DNA of 64,000 bases from Camelus dromedarius (Eukaryota), in NCBI RefSeq assembly GCF_036321535.1, contig NC_087436.1, positions 6,820,001-6,884,000 of the forward strand. Direction: 5' to 3'. The notes under the pieces were generated by a model. It had not been told where the DNA came from, ran no database searches, and saw only the letters and a program-made list of their open reading frames with translations. Of the stretch, positions 1-11,570 are shown piece by piece. Numbering within the stretch: the stretch's first letter is position 1; the number at the start of each line of letters is the position of its first letter. Both the position numbers and the translations under genes were made by a program.

Positions 1-791
1 TACAGATAGACTGGAAATCATAGCATTAGGGGAGGGTGGCACTGGTTTTGCCCACACTGGGAAGAGCTGAGCGGGAAGGCATCGCTCAGTTAGTGCGCTG
101 AGTGATGATGGTAATTTCTGCCTGGACCAAAGAGAGGAGCGTCGCTAACACTGGGCAGAAACAGCTGGTATGATGCTGTGCATTGTGAAACATACCAGCG
201 ACTTAATGCCAGGTTTACCTCAAAAGAGAAAAGAAGAGGAACTTACCACTTTGAATGTAGGCATTAAAATGGCAAGGCACATCACAATGACAGATGAGTT
301 AAAATGTAATTTACTAAAATAACGTTTCTGAGCTTGGCTGAAACACGGCGGTTTCCTTCTCTGTCCCCGGATGGTCAGGACAGTGGGGAGGGATTGTTTA
401 TTTCTAGGTGGCAGGACGTGACTGCAGCTTAGATCAGGGCAATTTAGACTAGTAAGTGGTGCTTCTCAACCTTGTAAAATCTATAATAAAGGAGTGAAGG
501 TGGCTTAAAAACGGCTGCAAATAAGTTGTAAGAAAAACACGTGAACCTGCTATTTGGATTATTGAGAAATGTCTAATTCTAAGAAGCAAGCAAGCAGTGC
601 TCAACAGATGGGTCCACTTTACATTTTTGCAGCTTGTTTGTTACACCTTTACCCTCTTCTGTGCAGCCAGCCAGGGGACGGGTTGCCCTCCCAGATACTA
701 GTTAAGGGGTCTGAAATGAAATGACTCCTCACTTGATCCAAGAACGGATTCAATATGCTGCCACACTTTGCTCTTAAAATGAGTTTGTGAA

Positions 792-1577
792 TGCTGGAGA
801 GGGTGTGAAGGGAAGGGAACCCTCCTACACTGTCCATGGGAATGTAGTTTGGTGCAGCCTTTATGGAAAACAGTATGGAGATTCCTCAAAAAACTAGAAA
901 TAGACTTACCCTATGATCCAGCAATCCCACTCCTGGGCATATAACCAAACTCTAATTCAAAAAGATAAATGCACCCCAATGTTCATAGAAGCACTGTTTA
1001 CAATAGCCAAGACACAGAGGCAACTTAAATGTCCATCAACAGATGACTGGATAAAGAAGTTGTGGTATATTTATACAATGGAATACTACTCAGCCATAAA
1101 AAAGAATAAAATAATGCCATTTGCAGCAACATGGATGGACCTACAGATCATCATTCTGAGTGAAGTAAGCCAGAAAGATAAAGCAAAATACCATATGACA
1201 TCACTCATATGTGGAATCTGAAAAAAGGGAAAAAGAGGACACTAATGAACTTATCTACAGAACAGAAACAGACTCACAGACATAGTAAACAATCTTATGG
1301 TTACTGGGGGAAAGAGGGTAGGAAGGGATAAATTTGGGAGTTTGAGATTTGCAAATGTTATCCACTATATATAAAAAATATAGATTAAAAAATATCTTCT
1401 GTAGAGCACAGGGAACTATATTCAATATCTTATAATAACCTTTAATGAAAAAGAGTATGAAAACGAATATATGTATGTATTTGTATGACTGGGACATTCT
1501 GCTGTACACCAGAAATTGACACGTTGTAACTGAATGTACTTCAATAAATAAGTTAATTTTAAAAAATAAAATAAAAT
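792..1577 (+). mobile_element. 5'-truncated LINE-1 (ORF2 C-terminus + 3'UTR + A-rich tail) with TSD
   Basis: ORF 913-1221 carries the L1 ORF2 C-terminal motif [51 protein letters not shown] (776-791) / AAAGTGGGTTTGTGAA (1578-1593). Confidence 0.93.
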
Positions 1578-1971
1578 AAAGTGGGTTTGTGAACAGGTGA
1601 AATCCAGGACTCACAATGCCATGGGAGAGCAGAGATCAGACGTGATAACACATTAAAATTTCCTTATCAGTCTAGATCTGGATGTCCTCACTTGGGGTCT
1701 AGTCTTCCTTCCTGGGGAGCAAACATATTCTCGCATCAACTGTGAACAACAGGGAGAGCTCTTGGACTAGGGAACCTGGCACTGGGACTTTGACCTTGGA
1801 GTGGTTGCCACTGCTGGGAAGCCTGGGGAAAGTCATTGCATCTTCCTTGGTTAATCCAATTTCTTCTTCTTCTTTTTTTGTAAACAACTCTATTGAAGTG
1901 TAACTGACATACAATAAACTGCATCTATTTAAAGCATGCAATTTAAGTTTTGCAGAAGTGTGTAATGACGA

Positions 1972-2322
1972 GCAGGGTGCCGGGTAAATACAGTTGAATT
2001 TGTTTATGGGTATTTTTGGTTGTTGTTTTGGTTTGGTTTTTTGTTGGGGGTAGATAATTAGGCTTGTTTGTTTGTTTATTTATATATATAATGGAGGGAA
2101 TGGGAATTGAACCCAGGACCTCCTGCATGCTAGGCATACGCTCTACTACTGAGCTATCCCCTCCCCACTACAATTAAATTTGAACTTCAGATAAACAACG
2201 GGTAATTCTTTTAGTATAAGTATGTTGCAAACATTGCATGGTACACACTCATACTAAAAAATACCCTCTATCTGAAATTCAATTTTAATTGTGCGTCTTA
2301 TATTCTCACCTGCTGACGGGCC
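1972..2322. mobile_element. MER53-like palindromic hAT MITE, split by a SINE
   Basis: Self-complementary body (ttaaatttgaacttcagataaac...tagtataagtatg...catactaaaa...tatctgaaattcaattttaa) resembling the MER53 consensus as I recall it. Confidence 0.7.
2004..2167 (-). mobile_element. tRNA-derived camelid-type SINE (Vic-1-like)
   Basis: Reverse complement gives ggggaggggatagctcagtagtagagcgtatgcctagcatgcaggaggtcctgggttcaattccc (Pol III A and B boxes) plus A-rich tail. TSD-like tacagttgaatttg / tacaattaaatttg. Confidence 0.88.
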
Positions 2323-3531
2323 ACACGACCCCTGAAATAGCACCACAATCTAGATTAAAAACCCATCACCCCCAGATTTCCTCATGCCTCTTTGGAAACC
2401 CTCCCCTTCCCACTCCTGCCCATCCCCATCCCAGGCAACCACTTATCTGCATTCAGTTACTGTAAATTAATTAGCAATTTCTACAATTTTATATCAAGGG
2501 CATCATGGAGTACACACTCCTTAGCCCAGCTACTGACACTAAGCATAATTATTTTGAGATCATCCACATTATTGTAACAATTACCGCTAGTTTGTTCCTT
2601 TTTCTTGCTGGGTAGTATCTGATCATATGAATATGCCATAGTTTATTCATCTCCCTGATGGTGGACTTTTGGGTTGTTTTCAGTTTGGGGCTGATACACA
2701 TAAAGCTGTGATGAACAACCGTGCGCAGATCTCTGCAGGGACATCTGCTTTAGTTTCTCTTGGGTAAAAACCTAAATGGAATGCCGGGATCCTACAGTAG
2801 GTGTACATAGAAACTGCCAAATTGCTTTCCAAGGGGGTCGTGTCATTTTACATCCCCCCAGCGGTGATCTGAGAGAGCCCTACTTTCTCCTCAGCCCTGC
2901 CAATACTTAATCAGTTGGTCTTAACTTTTGCCCTTCTGATAGGTGGTGGTGGCGTCTCACTGCAGCTTTACCCTGTGCTTCTCTACTGACCAATAATGTT
3001 GAGTGGCTTATGTTTCTTTGCCTTTGGTGCGTCTTCTCTGATGAAGTGTCCAAATCTTCCACCCATTTTTAATTGTGTTGTTTTCTTATTGAGACTTTTG
3101 AGAGCTATTTGCATATTCCAAATAGAAGTCTTTTATCAATAGGTACTTTGCAAATATTTTCTTCTAGTCTGTCTCTGTAATTTTACCCTCTAAATGGGGT
3201 CTTCTGAGGAGTAGAAGTTGTAACTTGGATAAAGACCAACTTATTGCCGTGTTCTCTATGGGTCATCTTTTAGGTGATGCATCTAAAAACCTCTTCCCCT
3301 AACCCAAGGTCACAAAGATTTTCTCCCTGCTTTCCTTTAGACGTTTTATAGTTTAAGGTTTTTCATTTCGGTCTATGATTCATTTCAAGTCCATTTTCGC
3401 ATGTGATGGGAGGTATGAGCTGAAGTTGAATTTTTTGGGGTGTATGGACAGCCAATTGTTCTAGCGCCATTGGTCTCGAAGACTATCCTTTCCCTACAGA
3501 GTTGCCTTTGCTCCTGTGTTTTACTGCTGTA

Positions 3532-3559
3532 TACACACACACACACACACACACACACA
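3532..3559 (+). repeat. (AC)n microsatellite
   Basis: Perfect AC dinucleotide run. Confidence 0.95.
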
Positions 3560-5129
3560 GTGCTGGTTGACTGGGTCCCTGTGTAAAATACATTGCTCAC
3601 TCTGGGCTGCCGTCAGACGGGTTTGAAAGCCACTGATATAACGGTCACCCGAGTTATTTTTCCTCTCTCCTTTGGTCTCTTAATCATCACTTCTATTCAT
3701 TCAGTCCCTGCTACTTCTTCGATTTTCCCTGTTCCTCTGAAACTTCATTTTCTGCGGAGACATATTTACGATCACCTCAGGACACCCTTGTTTTCCTGCC
3801 CCTTCAATTGTTCCCTCTTCTATTATACAGGGAAATGATGAAATGCCCCATTTCTCCCCAGCCACGTTTATCTCACCCTCTGTGTAATTCACATTCTGCC
3901 CTTTCATTCTGCATTTCTTGTGGTTTGCAGTTGGCTTCCAGCCAACCAGTTCCTTTTTCATTTGTTTGGCTTTGCTGGGAGGCATCGTGGCGTAGGGGAA
4001 AAGAGACTGGTTCGTACTTCATCTGAATTCTATTTCAGAAAATGTTTGTAACCTGCTTCAAAACCCGGCTTCACAGGCTCGGTTTCTTTGTCTGAAAAAG
4101 GAAAGTACAGCTAACAATCTGATACAGTCGTCATAAGAACTGGGAGATGCTGTGTGTAGGAGATGTCAGCCGTGTCCGTACAGGTACCTGGTGCAGAGCA
4201 GATGCCCGGCGGTAACTATTACCATATTACACACCTGCTAACCATTTCTGCTCTTTCCGGCACTTCTGCCACGCCCAGCCCTTCTTCCCCGCGCTGACGC
4301 TGGTGTACAAGATTAGACCTGTGATGCCTAAATGCAATGCCCTCCACTCCCGGAGTGCAAAATGTGCAGTGAGATTACACAGTGCCAAGCACACAGAGAT
4401 CAGATGGAACTGTACTCTAAAAAAGAAAGATTCTTCTCCCACTAAAGAGACCTTAAAAACCCTCCTCCCATTGACAAGGTGGACAGAAAAATACTCCTCC
4501 CTAAAGAGAACTCAACTGCTAGAGATGCCAGCCATTCAGTTAAGCGAACTGAAGCTGGACCTTCAACTACCAGTCCCCAGAACCCGAAAGCCAGAAAGCA
4601 GAGGGCTCTCTGATTGCCGATGGGGGCAAGAATGTTTCTTATTGCAGGTAAGAAAATTCTGGACACTGGGAAGAGATTCAGACTGGATGCTGTTTAAGAG
4701 CTACCACCTTTTCAGCCCTCTGTGAAGAACAACAGGAAACTGTGAGCCTATTTGGTGTGTGTTATGTTTTCTCCGTTAAATATTAAAGATGCTCAAGAAG
4801 CCACTCTCTGAATTCCTAGATTCCTAGCCTAGAGAGACCCGACCTGATTATAAATAACTGAAATTCTGGCAGAGAGTATGGTGGTTCTATTTCTGCAGCC
4901 TAGCACAACTTTAAGAAATTTATGCATTTTTATTTATACACAGTACGCGCCTGGCTGTTCTTCACCGTAATTAATTCATTATTATTCATCCTTATTATAA
5001 ATAATGACCTGGTATAAAAGCTACACATCAAGCAAGACTGTTTAAGTGATACCTCATTAAAAACCCATCAGCTGGGCGTTCGGATATTTGGATGTCCCAA
5101 GAAAACATTCATCTGAGCTTTCACGAGGC

Positions 5130-5453
5130 TGGAGCTGTGCTTTCCTACTTCGTAGCCACTAGTCCCAGGTGGCTTTGAGAACTTGTTAAGTGCCCAGTCC
5201 AGACTGAGGCAGGCTTTGGCTTAACGACAGAGCTTTCCAAGACAGTACAAAAGGAAGAATGTAAAACATTTCATTAATAACTTCAGACATCGATTTCATA
5301 TTGAAATGATAACCATTTGGATATATTGGATCACCTAAAATATGTTATTAAAGTGATTTCATCTGTTTTAATTGTTTTCAATGTGGCTACCAGGACATTT
5401 TGAATTATATTTGTGGTTTGCCTTTTATTCCTGTTAAACAGAGCTGGCCTAGA
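5130..5453. mobile_element. MER33/MER3-like hAT-Charlie MITE
   Basis: tagccactagtcccaggtggc ... gaaatgataaccatttggatatattgg ... atgtggctac ... cagagctggcctagag, a typical MER33 layout. Confidence 0.7.
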
Positions 5454-6358
5454 GTTTGGCAACTCGTGAAATCTTCTGATACTCAAGCTGGTGAATAATT
5501 ATAAACGCGGCTCACGGAGGCTGGGGAAGTTGTTGCAATGTTTGTTAGAGATGGTGAGGTCTTCAGTGCACATAACTGGCAGAGGATTGAGACAGAAGCA
5601 GTCCAGGGGGGTCTACTCAGACGACCAAAATGAAACCAAAGTGAGCAAGGGCGTTTACGCCCGGGAAGGGCCAGCGGCTGGGCGGGGTGGCTGGGCATCC
5701 ACGCCCTGTCACTGCTACCAACTGTTTGACTGGTTACTCAGCCCTGAAACCTCCCACCCCACCCCCTCAGGTTTCCGTAGCTAATTGCTCCCAGTCAGAT
5801 CCCTTTTAAAGTGAGATTACACTCCTTCCAGGATGTGTCTCACATGCTGACAGCTCGAGAGGGTCTAAGTTTTCACCCCAGGTAACATTCATTTTAGGTC
5901 ATGTTATGGCTTCGAACAAAACTCTGAGCATGACAGACAGACTGCAGGCGACACTAAGTGGGAGCAAACAGAAACGCCCCAGGATCTAGACTTGTGCTTA
6001 AATAGACACAGAAGAATCTCCGAGACAGAGGGTTTTGAAGTCAGAGCAATCACAGGCTGGTAATACCGTAATAATAATGGAGAAATAAAAAATGTATCAG
6101 GCATAGTAGGTCAACCTCATGGAAACAGAAACAGCAGGAGTCAGAGGGGCAAACGCTGAGAGTTTCCACGCACCACTGAGGAGGGCTGAGGTGCAGCTCA
6201 AAAGAGGAGACTTCAGATGGTCGGACTGTTATGGTTTAATGCCACAGAGCCAATGTTAGCATTGTTTCCCTGGAAAGCCAGCGTTGTGCTAGGATGGTCT
6301 TGGAGACCACTGATGCTAGCAGTGCTTTCTTCTGCAATGAAGAAAAGGTATATGTAAG

Positions 6359-7076
6359 GGAGCCCTCCTACACTGTCGGGGGAATGTAGTTGGCTGCAGC
6401 CACTATGGAAAACAGCGTGGAGATTCCTTTAAAAACTGATAATAGAGTTACTATATGATCCAGTAATCCCGCTTCTGGGCATATATCCAGAGGAAACTCT
6501 AATTTGAAAAGATACACGCACCCCAGTGTTCACAGCAGCACTATATACAATAGCCAAGATGTGGACACACCCTAAATGTCCATCAACAGATGACTGGATG
6601 AAGAAAGTGTGGCATGTATATATATATATCCACTTCTCAGCCGTGAAATGGAATGAAATTTTGCCATTTGCAGCAACATGGATGGACCTGGAGATTGTCA
6701 TACTAAGTGAAGTAAGCCAGAAAGAGAAAGAAAATTACCATATGATATTACTTATTTGTGAAATCTTTAAAAAAAATAGTACAGATGAACTTATTTACAA
6801 AACAGAGACAGATTCACAGACATAGAAAACAAACATGGTTATCACAGGGAATGGGGTTACCACAGATCAGGAGTTCAAGATTTGCAGATACACACTATTA
6901 TATAAAACAGGTAAACAATAAGGTCCTACTGTGTAGCACAAGGAACTATATTCAATACCCTGTAATAGACTAAAATGAAAAAGAATGTGAAAAGAAATAT
7001 ATATGTATAACTGAATCACTATGGTTTACACCAGAAATTAACACAACATTGTAAACCAACTATACTTCAATAAAAG
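6359..7076 (+). mobile_element. 5'-truncated LINE-1 3' end
   Basis: ORF 6526-6825 with L1 ORF2 C-terminal motifs (MFTAALYTIAK..PKCPSTDDW..FAATWMDLE), 3'UTR, AATAAA tail. Confidence 0.92.
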
Positions 7077-7244
7077 AATATATTTAAGAATATAGTGATT
7101 GTGTAATAGCAATGTGGTTGTTGTCAGTAAATTATCTTTAAGAAATGCTGGATTTGAGGTTTCTAGGACATTACACATGACATCACCAGATCCATGGCTG
7201 CCTGACATCCATCCCTCCAGCACTGGTCCACAGCATCACATACC

Positions 7245-7390
7245 TGTGACTGTGACTTAGGTTTTTATCTGTAAAATGGGGATAATAATATCTATGTGAC
7301 AGAATTTGAGAAGAATTAAGTGAGATCATTCATGTAAAAAAGCTGACAGTGGTGCCTGGCGTATTCTAAGCAGTCAGTAAATGTGAGACG
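7245..7390 (+). mobile_element. MIR SINE fragment
   Basis: MIR core: atctgtaaaatggggataataata...aattaagtgagatcattcatgtaaa...agtggtgcctggc. Confidence 0.75.
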
Positions 7391-7763
7391 GTGGAGATGA
7401 TGAGGTGGTGGGGACAGTAATGAAGTGATATGTACGTTTATTTAATAATCACAGGTCTAGGTTCCTTTTCACTTATTTAATTTTAATACACATCTAGGAA
7501 ATGCGTCAAATGTTGACTTTTCCTTATGGCAAATAATTAATGTCTGAAACCATCTTTCATCGCTTTAATCCAAGAGCATGTGTTACTTCATGAACTCCAT
7601 TTATGTTCAGTCCTTTCAACAGATTATAACTGAGAAAATATTGCTGTGGTTACATAGCCAGGACTCAGGAAACCATCATTAAATCCACGGCTACAGTGAA
7701 TTGGAGCAATGCTGCCTTAGATGTTTAATTGTCCCGTGTTTTCTTTCTGCTCTGAGTCTGTAG

Positions 7764-8045
7764 CAGTGGTTTCCCGGTAGATGTTTGACTACCAGCTCGC
7801 AGAATTTACACTCGTTTCTGTGGTGCAAACACCCCCACCATGGCCCGTTTCAGACTCCCAGTCCGATGTCACGGAAGGCAGAGTTAGGAAGACCACGGGC
7901 ATCACCTGAGAACTTATTAAAAAGGCAGAATCTCAGGCCCCACCTCACATGCCCTGAAACAGAGACTCTGAAGGTGGGGCCAAGCTGCCTGTGTCCTAGC
8001 AACCCCTCCAAGCGAGCCTCACGCCCGCTCGGATTTGACGGTGCG
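7764..8045. mobile_element. Adjacent hAT MITE fragments (MER63-like then MER5A-like)
   Basis: caccatggcccgtttcagact..gatgtcac..gagttaggaaga (MER63-like); catcacctgagaacttatt..gcagaatctcaggcccca..cagagactctgaaggtggggccca (MER5A-like). Confidence 0.6.
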
Positions 8046-8884
8046 CAAGTGCTCAGGCACCTCTAGCCAATATTAACCTGCGTGCCAACGCTAATGACCC
8101 TGGTGTTTTGTTTCCTGGGAGCGTCTAATACTGGCCTCTGAAATGATAACTCGTGTATTCCTGGGATCAAGAAGGGATATCATGGTGCTGCTCCATGGGA
8201 AGGTGGGAAGGTGGGAAGGTGATTCCATCTTCCAGAATCTCCACGCTTCAGCTGCTACGCAGGGGCTCCGAGAATGGGTCACTAGGTGCTACGGGTGGTG
8301 AATTCTGGTGGCTTCCTCCGTGGGGGCCAGGGCGAAATTCCCATGTGAAATGAAGACATGCCCTGTTGCATTCACGGCCGTGTTAACCCGCTTGGGGTGC
8401 CAGCAGGTTTTGGCGATCACATTAGTACAGCCGTAAATCCAGGGGTTGCAGCCTCAGTGTTAGCGCAGAGGTCCACGTTTCCAGTGCCTTCTGGGAGCTG
8501 GGATTGGTCAGCAGGTGTCACCTTGTACCCTTAGGTAGGGTTCCCTTCCACGGCTGGTGTCCATCCAACAGCCAAAACATTTCCAGCGATAGAAGCACAT
8601 TCTATTCGGGGACGGGTCTAATTATTCCTTCTTAGGTTGAACTGAAATCTGCCTTCCTGGAACAGTCCCACAGTGGTCTGAATTCTGAATCTCAGTTCAT
8701 AGACCCTCTCTCAGGGGACCACCTGTCAGAAGCTGGAGAAGGCGAGAGGCTCACACTAGGTTCTTTTGTAGATCAGCTTCCCACTTCTTTCCAGTGTCCT
8801 TCCTGAGACGTGATGCTCAGGCTCCGCCCCATCCTGCCTCTTGGGGCGCTTCAGTCCATTAACGTCTACCTTTAAAATGTGCTG

Positions 8885-8966
8885 TACATGCAGGACTGGG
8901 ACATTGTGCTGTACACCAGAAATTGACACAGTGTAACTGACTGTACTTCAATTAAAAAAAAAAAAA
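8885..8966 (+). mobile_element. Very short L1 3' tail with poly(A) and TSD
   Basis: gactgggacattgtgctgtacaccagaaattgacac..tacttcaatt(A)n, nearly identical to the tail of the 792-1577 element. Flanks aaaatgtgctg / aaaaagtgctg. Confidence 0.85.
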
Positions 8967-10216
8967 GTGCTGCTCCTAGCCAAAAGTGATGCTACCGTGT
9001 CATCCGCTGTCTGCTGAGCAGAGACCCCTGTGATTCTGGCAGGTTTTCTGGGACCCACGCTAACCTCCAGGCTCATCACAGTCAGGGATGACCTCCACAC
9101 CAACTCATCACACAGTATCTCACCTAGTCCTCACTTGTATTACTGAATTTTTCACCCTAAGCACCAGGTTCAGACTTATTCCTGTTAAATTATAATCTTG
9201 TTAGTTTGAGCCTCTAATTCTAAAATATTCTCGTTTACAACCCAAATTGTCACCTCATTTTTGCTCGCTCTCTCTCTCTCTCCCCTAGGTTGATGCCTTC
9301 TGCAAACCTGATTTTCCTCTATCCAAATCGCTGAGAAAACTGTTGAACAAAACAGGGCTTGCCCCCCATCCCCCAATCAATTATTAAACTTCCAAGCCTG
9401 AAACTAGGAAAAAATGTCCGAGTGACGTGCCAGTGAAATATTGACTCTTGCTTGCCAACTGAACTTCAGTCTGTTTCAGTGGAAGGAGCCCAAGAAATCA
9501 AAATGCTGCAATCACTGTCAGTAATCCCTAGGGAATATTTAGCACTCCTAGCAGCTATTTAATATTTGAAATACACGTCCTGACTCTCTGAGGTGTGCAG
9601 GGGACAGTTTAAGGACAGTTTAAAGTATAGAATAAGTAAAAGCTTTAATCTTGACCCCGGGTTGGTTGGCGTATTTAATCAGTATTGATGCTACGCTGGA
9701 AAACATGGCTATACAACTTCGATTTTTTTTTTTCCTTTTTCTGAGTTAATTATTTCCACGTCCATGAACATTATTCCTCATGTGGCCCCTCAAGCCTATG
9801 AAAATTGAAAATAATTATAAGGAAAGTTTTTATAAAGAGATCCTACTTCGCACAGGGTATTAACACAGCGTTTACCGGCTACACGAGGAAATAGATTCCT
9901 GAACTCCACTTAAGAGCTACATGAGTACGTGAAATGCGGAGCTAAGCACAGATACCATCGTGATCACAAATACTATAACTCAACTCAGGGGGTGGTTCCT
10001 GAGATGATTTCTGACCTGATGATACCTTCAGACCAGCTGGAGAGGAAAGATGAGAAAACAGATTTCAGTTGACATAGGACAGGCCAGTGCTGGTGAAGGG
10101 GTGTGTGTGTGGCCTTTTCATTTTTAACAAGAATAACCAGAATCTGATGATAATTTTTTGACGAAGCAATGCGGATGCAAATTGGCACCTAATCTTCCTG
10201 TTTATTTTGAATTTCC

Positions 10217-10328
10217 GGAGGAGGGTAGGGTGCATGATTAGCATGCACGAGGTCCTGGGTTCAATCCCCAATTCCTCCATTAAATAAATAAATAAACCTA
10301 ATGCCCCCCAAAAGTAAATAAATAAGGT
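10217..10328 (+). mobile_element. Vic-1-like SINE with A-box deletion
   Basis: ggaggagggtagggtgcatgattagcatgcacgaggtcctgggttcaatcccc plus tail. TSD attttgaatttcc / attttgaattccc. Confidence 0.85.
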
Positions 10329-10519
10329 TAATTTTGAATTCCCCCTTTTAAAAGCAGTATCATATACTGTTGCATTACTGCTTCTGGAAAGCAAATTAAA
10401 CTGACATGTTTGAATAGGTCGTCATGAGTCCCAGGTCCACAATTATTACAGAGCGACCACGGTGTCCTCGCCATAACTGAAACGCCGCCCTTAAATGTTT
10501 TTATAATGAGAGATACAGA

Positions 10520-11570
10520 GAAATGGGAACCTTGTGCTTTGCTAGAGGGAACGTAAGGTGGTGCAGCTGCTGTAGACAGTGGTGTGATGATTCCTCAAGC
10601 AATTAAACATCGAATTAACATATGATCCAGCAATTCCACTTCTGGGTACTTGCCCAGAGGAATGCTAGCGGCGGCCATCACAGGTGTTTGGACGCCTATT
10701 CAGAGCAGCATATAAAGGTAAATCAAGCAGCTTAAGCGTCCATCAGTGGATGGATGGACAGACAGAATGTGCTCTCTGCGTACATGTCAGTCTGTGAGGC
10801 CTGCTATAACAAAATACCTCCGGCTGGGGGCTACACCACCAGTTCCGGAGGCTGGAAGTCCAAGATCAAGGTGCCTTCAGGGTCGGTTTCCGGTGAGAGC
10901 TCTCTCCTTGGTTTGCAATGGCCCCTTGTCTCTCTGTGCCCTCAGGGGGTCTTCCTCTGCCCCCAAAGAGAGAGGAAGCACCCTGCTGTGCCTCCCTCGT
11001 CCTATAAGGTCACCAGGTCCGTGGGATGGGGGTCCCACCCTATGACCTCATTCAACCTCAGTTACCTTCATAAAGGACTCATCTCCAAAGACAGTCACAC
11101 CTGAACTTGGTGGGGGAAACATTTCAGTCCATAACAACACACAATAGATTATTATTCAGCCTTGAAAAAGAGGGAAATGCTGGCACAAGCTACAACGTGT
11201 ATGAATCTTCAGGACACTGTGCTACGTGAAATAAGCCAGTCACAAAAAAGACAGATTTCATGTGATTCCACTCGTATCCAATTACTAAAGTAGTCAGATT
11301 CACTGAAACAGAAAGGAGAATGGTGGTTGCCAGGGGCTGGGGAGAGAGAAATAGACAGTGAGGGTTTAATGGGTCCAAAGTTTCAATTCTGCAAGATGAA
11401 GAAATTCTGAGGATGGATGGTGGTGACAGTTTCACGAGGGTGTAAATGTGCTTAACGCTACAGAACTGTACCTTTTAAAGTATTTACCATTCTATGTTTT
11501 TTTTAAATTTAAGTATACTGTTTTATGTTCCGTTCATTTTACTACAATTTAAAAAAATTTAAAAAATGAG
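10520..11570 (+). mobile_element. Older L1 3' region with nested MaLR LTR
   Basis: L1 motifs (tatgatccagcaattccacttctgggta; gaaataagccagtcacaaaaagaca; gaatggtggttgccaggggctgg) on both sides of the LTR. Confidence 0.8.
10783..11135. mobile_element. MLT1-type (ERVL-MaLR) solo LTR
   Basis: gctataacaaaatacc...gttccggaggctggaagtccaagatcaaggtg...ccctatgacctcattcaacc...ttcagtccataaca, the MLT1A/B signature. Confidence 0.8.

Larger units (their letters stand above)
1880..3525 (-). mobile_element. Old, diverged L1 (L1M-type 3' region) interrupted by a DNA transposon and a SINE
   Basis: Degenerate antisense L1 motifs (gatggtggacttttgggttgttttcagtttggggct; aaactgccaaattgctttccaa; ccaaggtcacaaagattttctcc). 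Boundaries approximate. Confidence 0.75.

Noticed and set aside
240..350. Strong minus-strand donor GTG|GTAAGT near 248 as possible SPMIP2 exon 2
   Set aside because: Upstream sequence does not encode the expected PDY..YLWRP..GW peptide; exon 2 probably lies left of the window.
913..1221. ORFs with L1 ORF2 C-terminal motifs (also 6526, 24993, 31901, 56370)
   Set aside because: Fragments of truncated LINE-1 copies, not host genes or autonomous elements.
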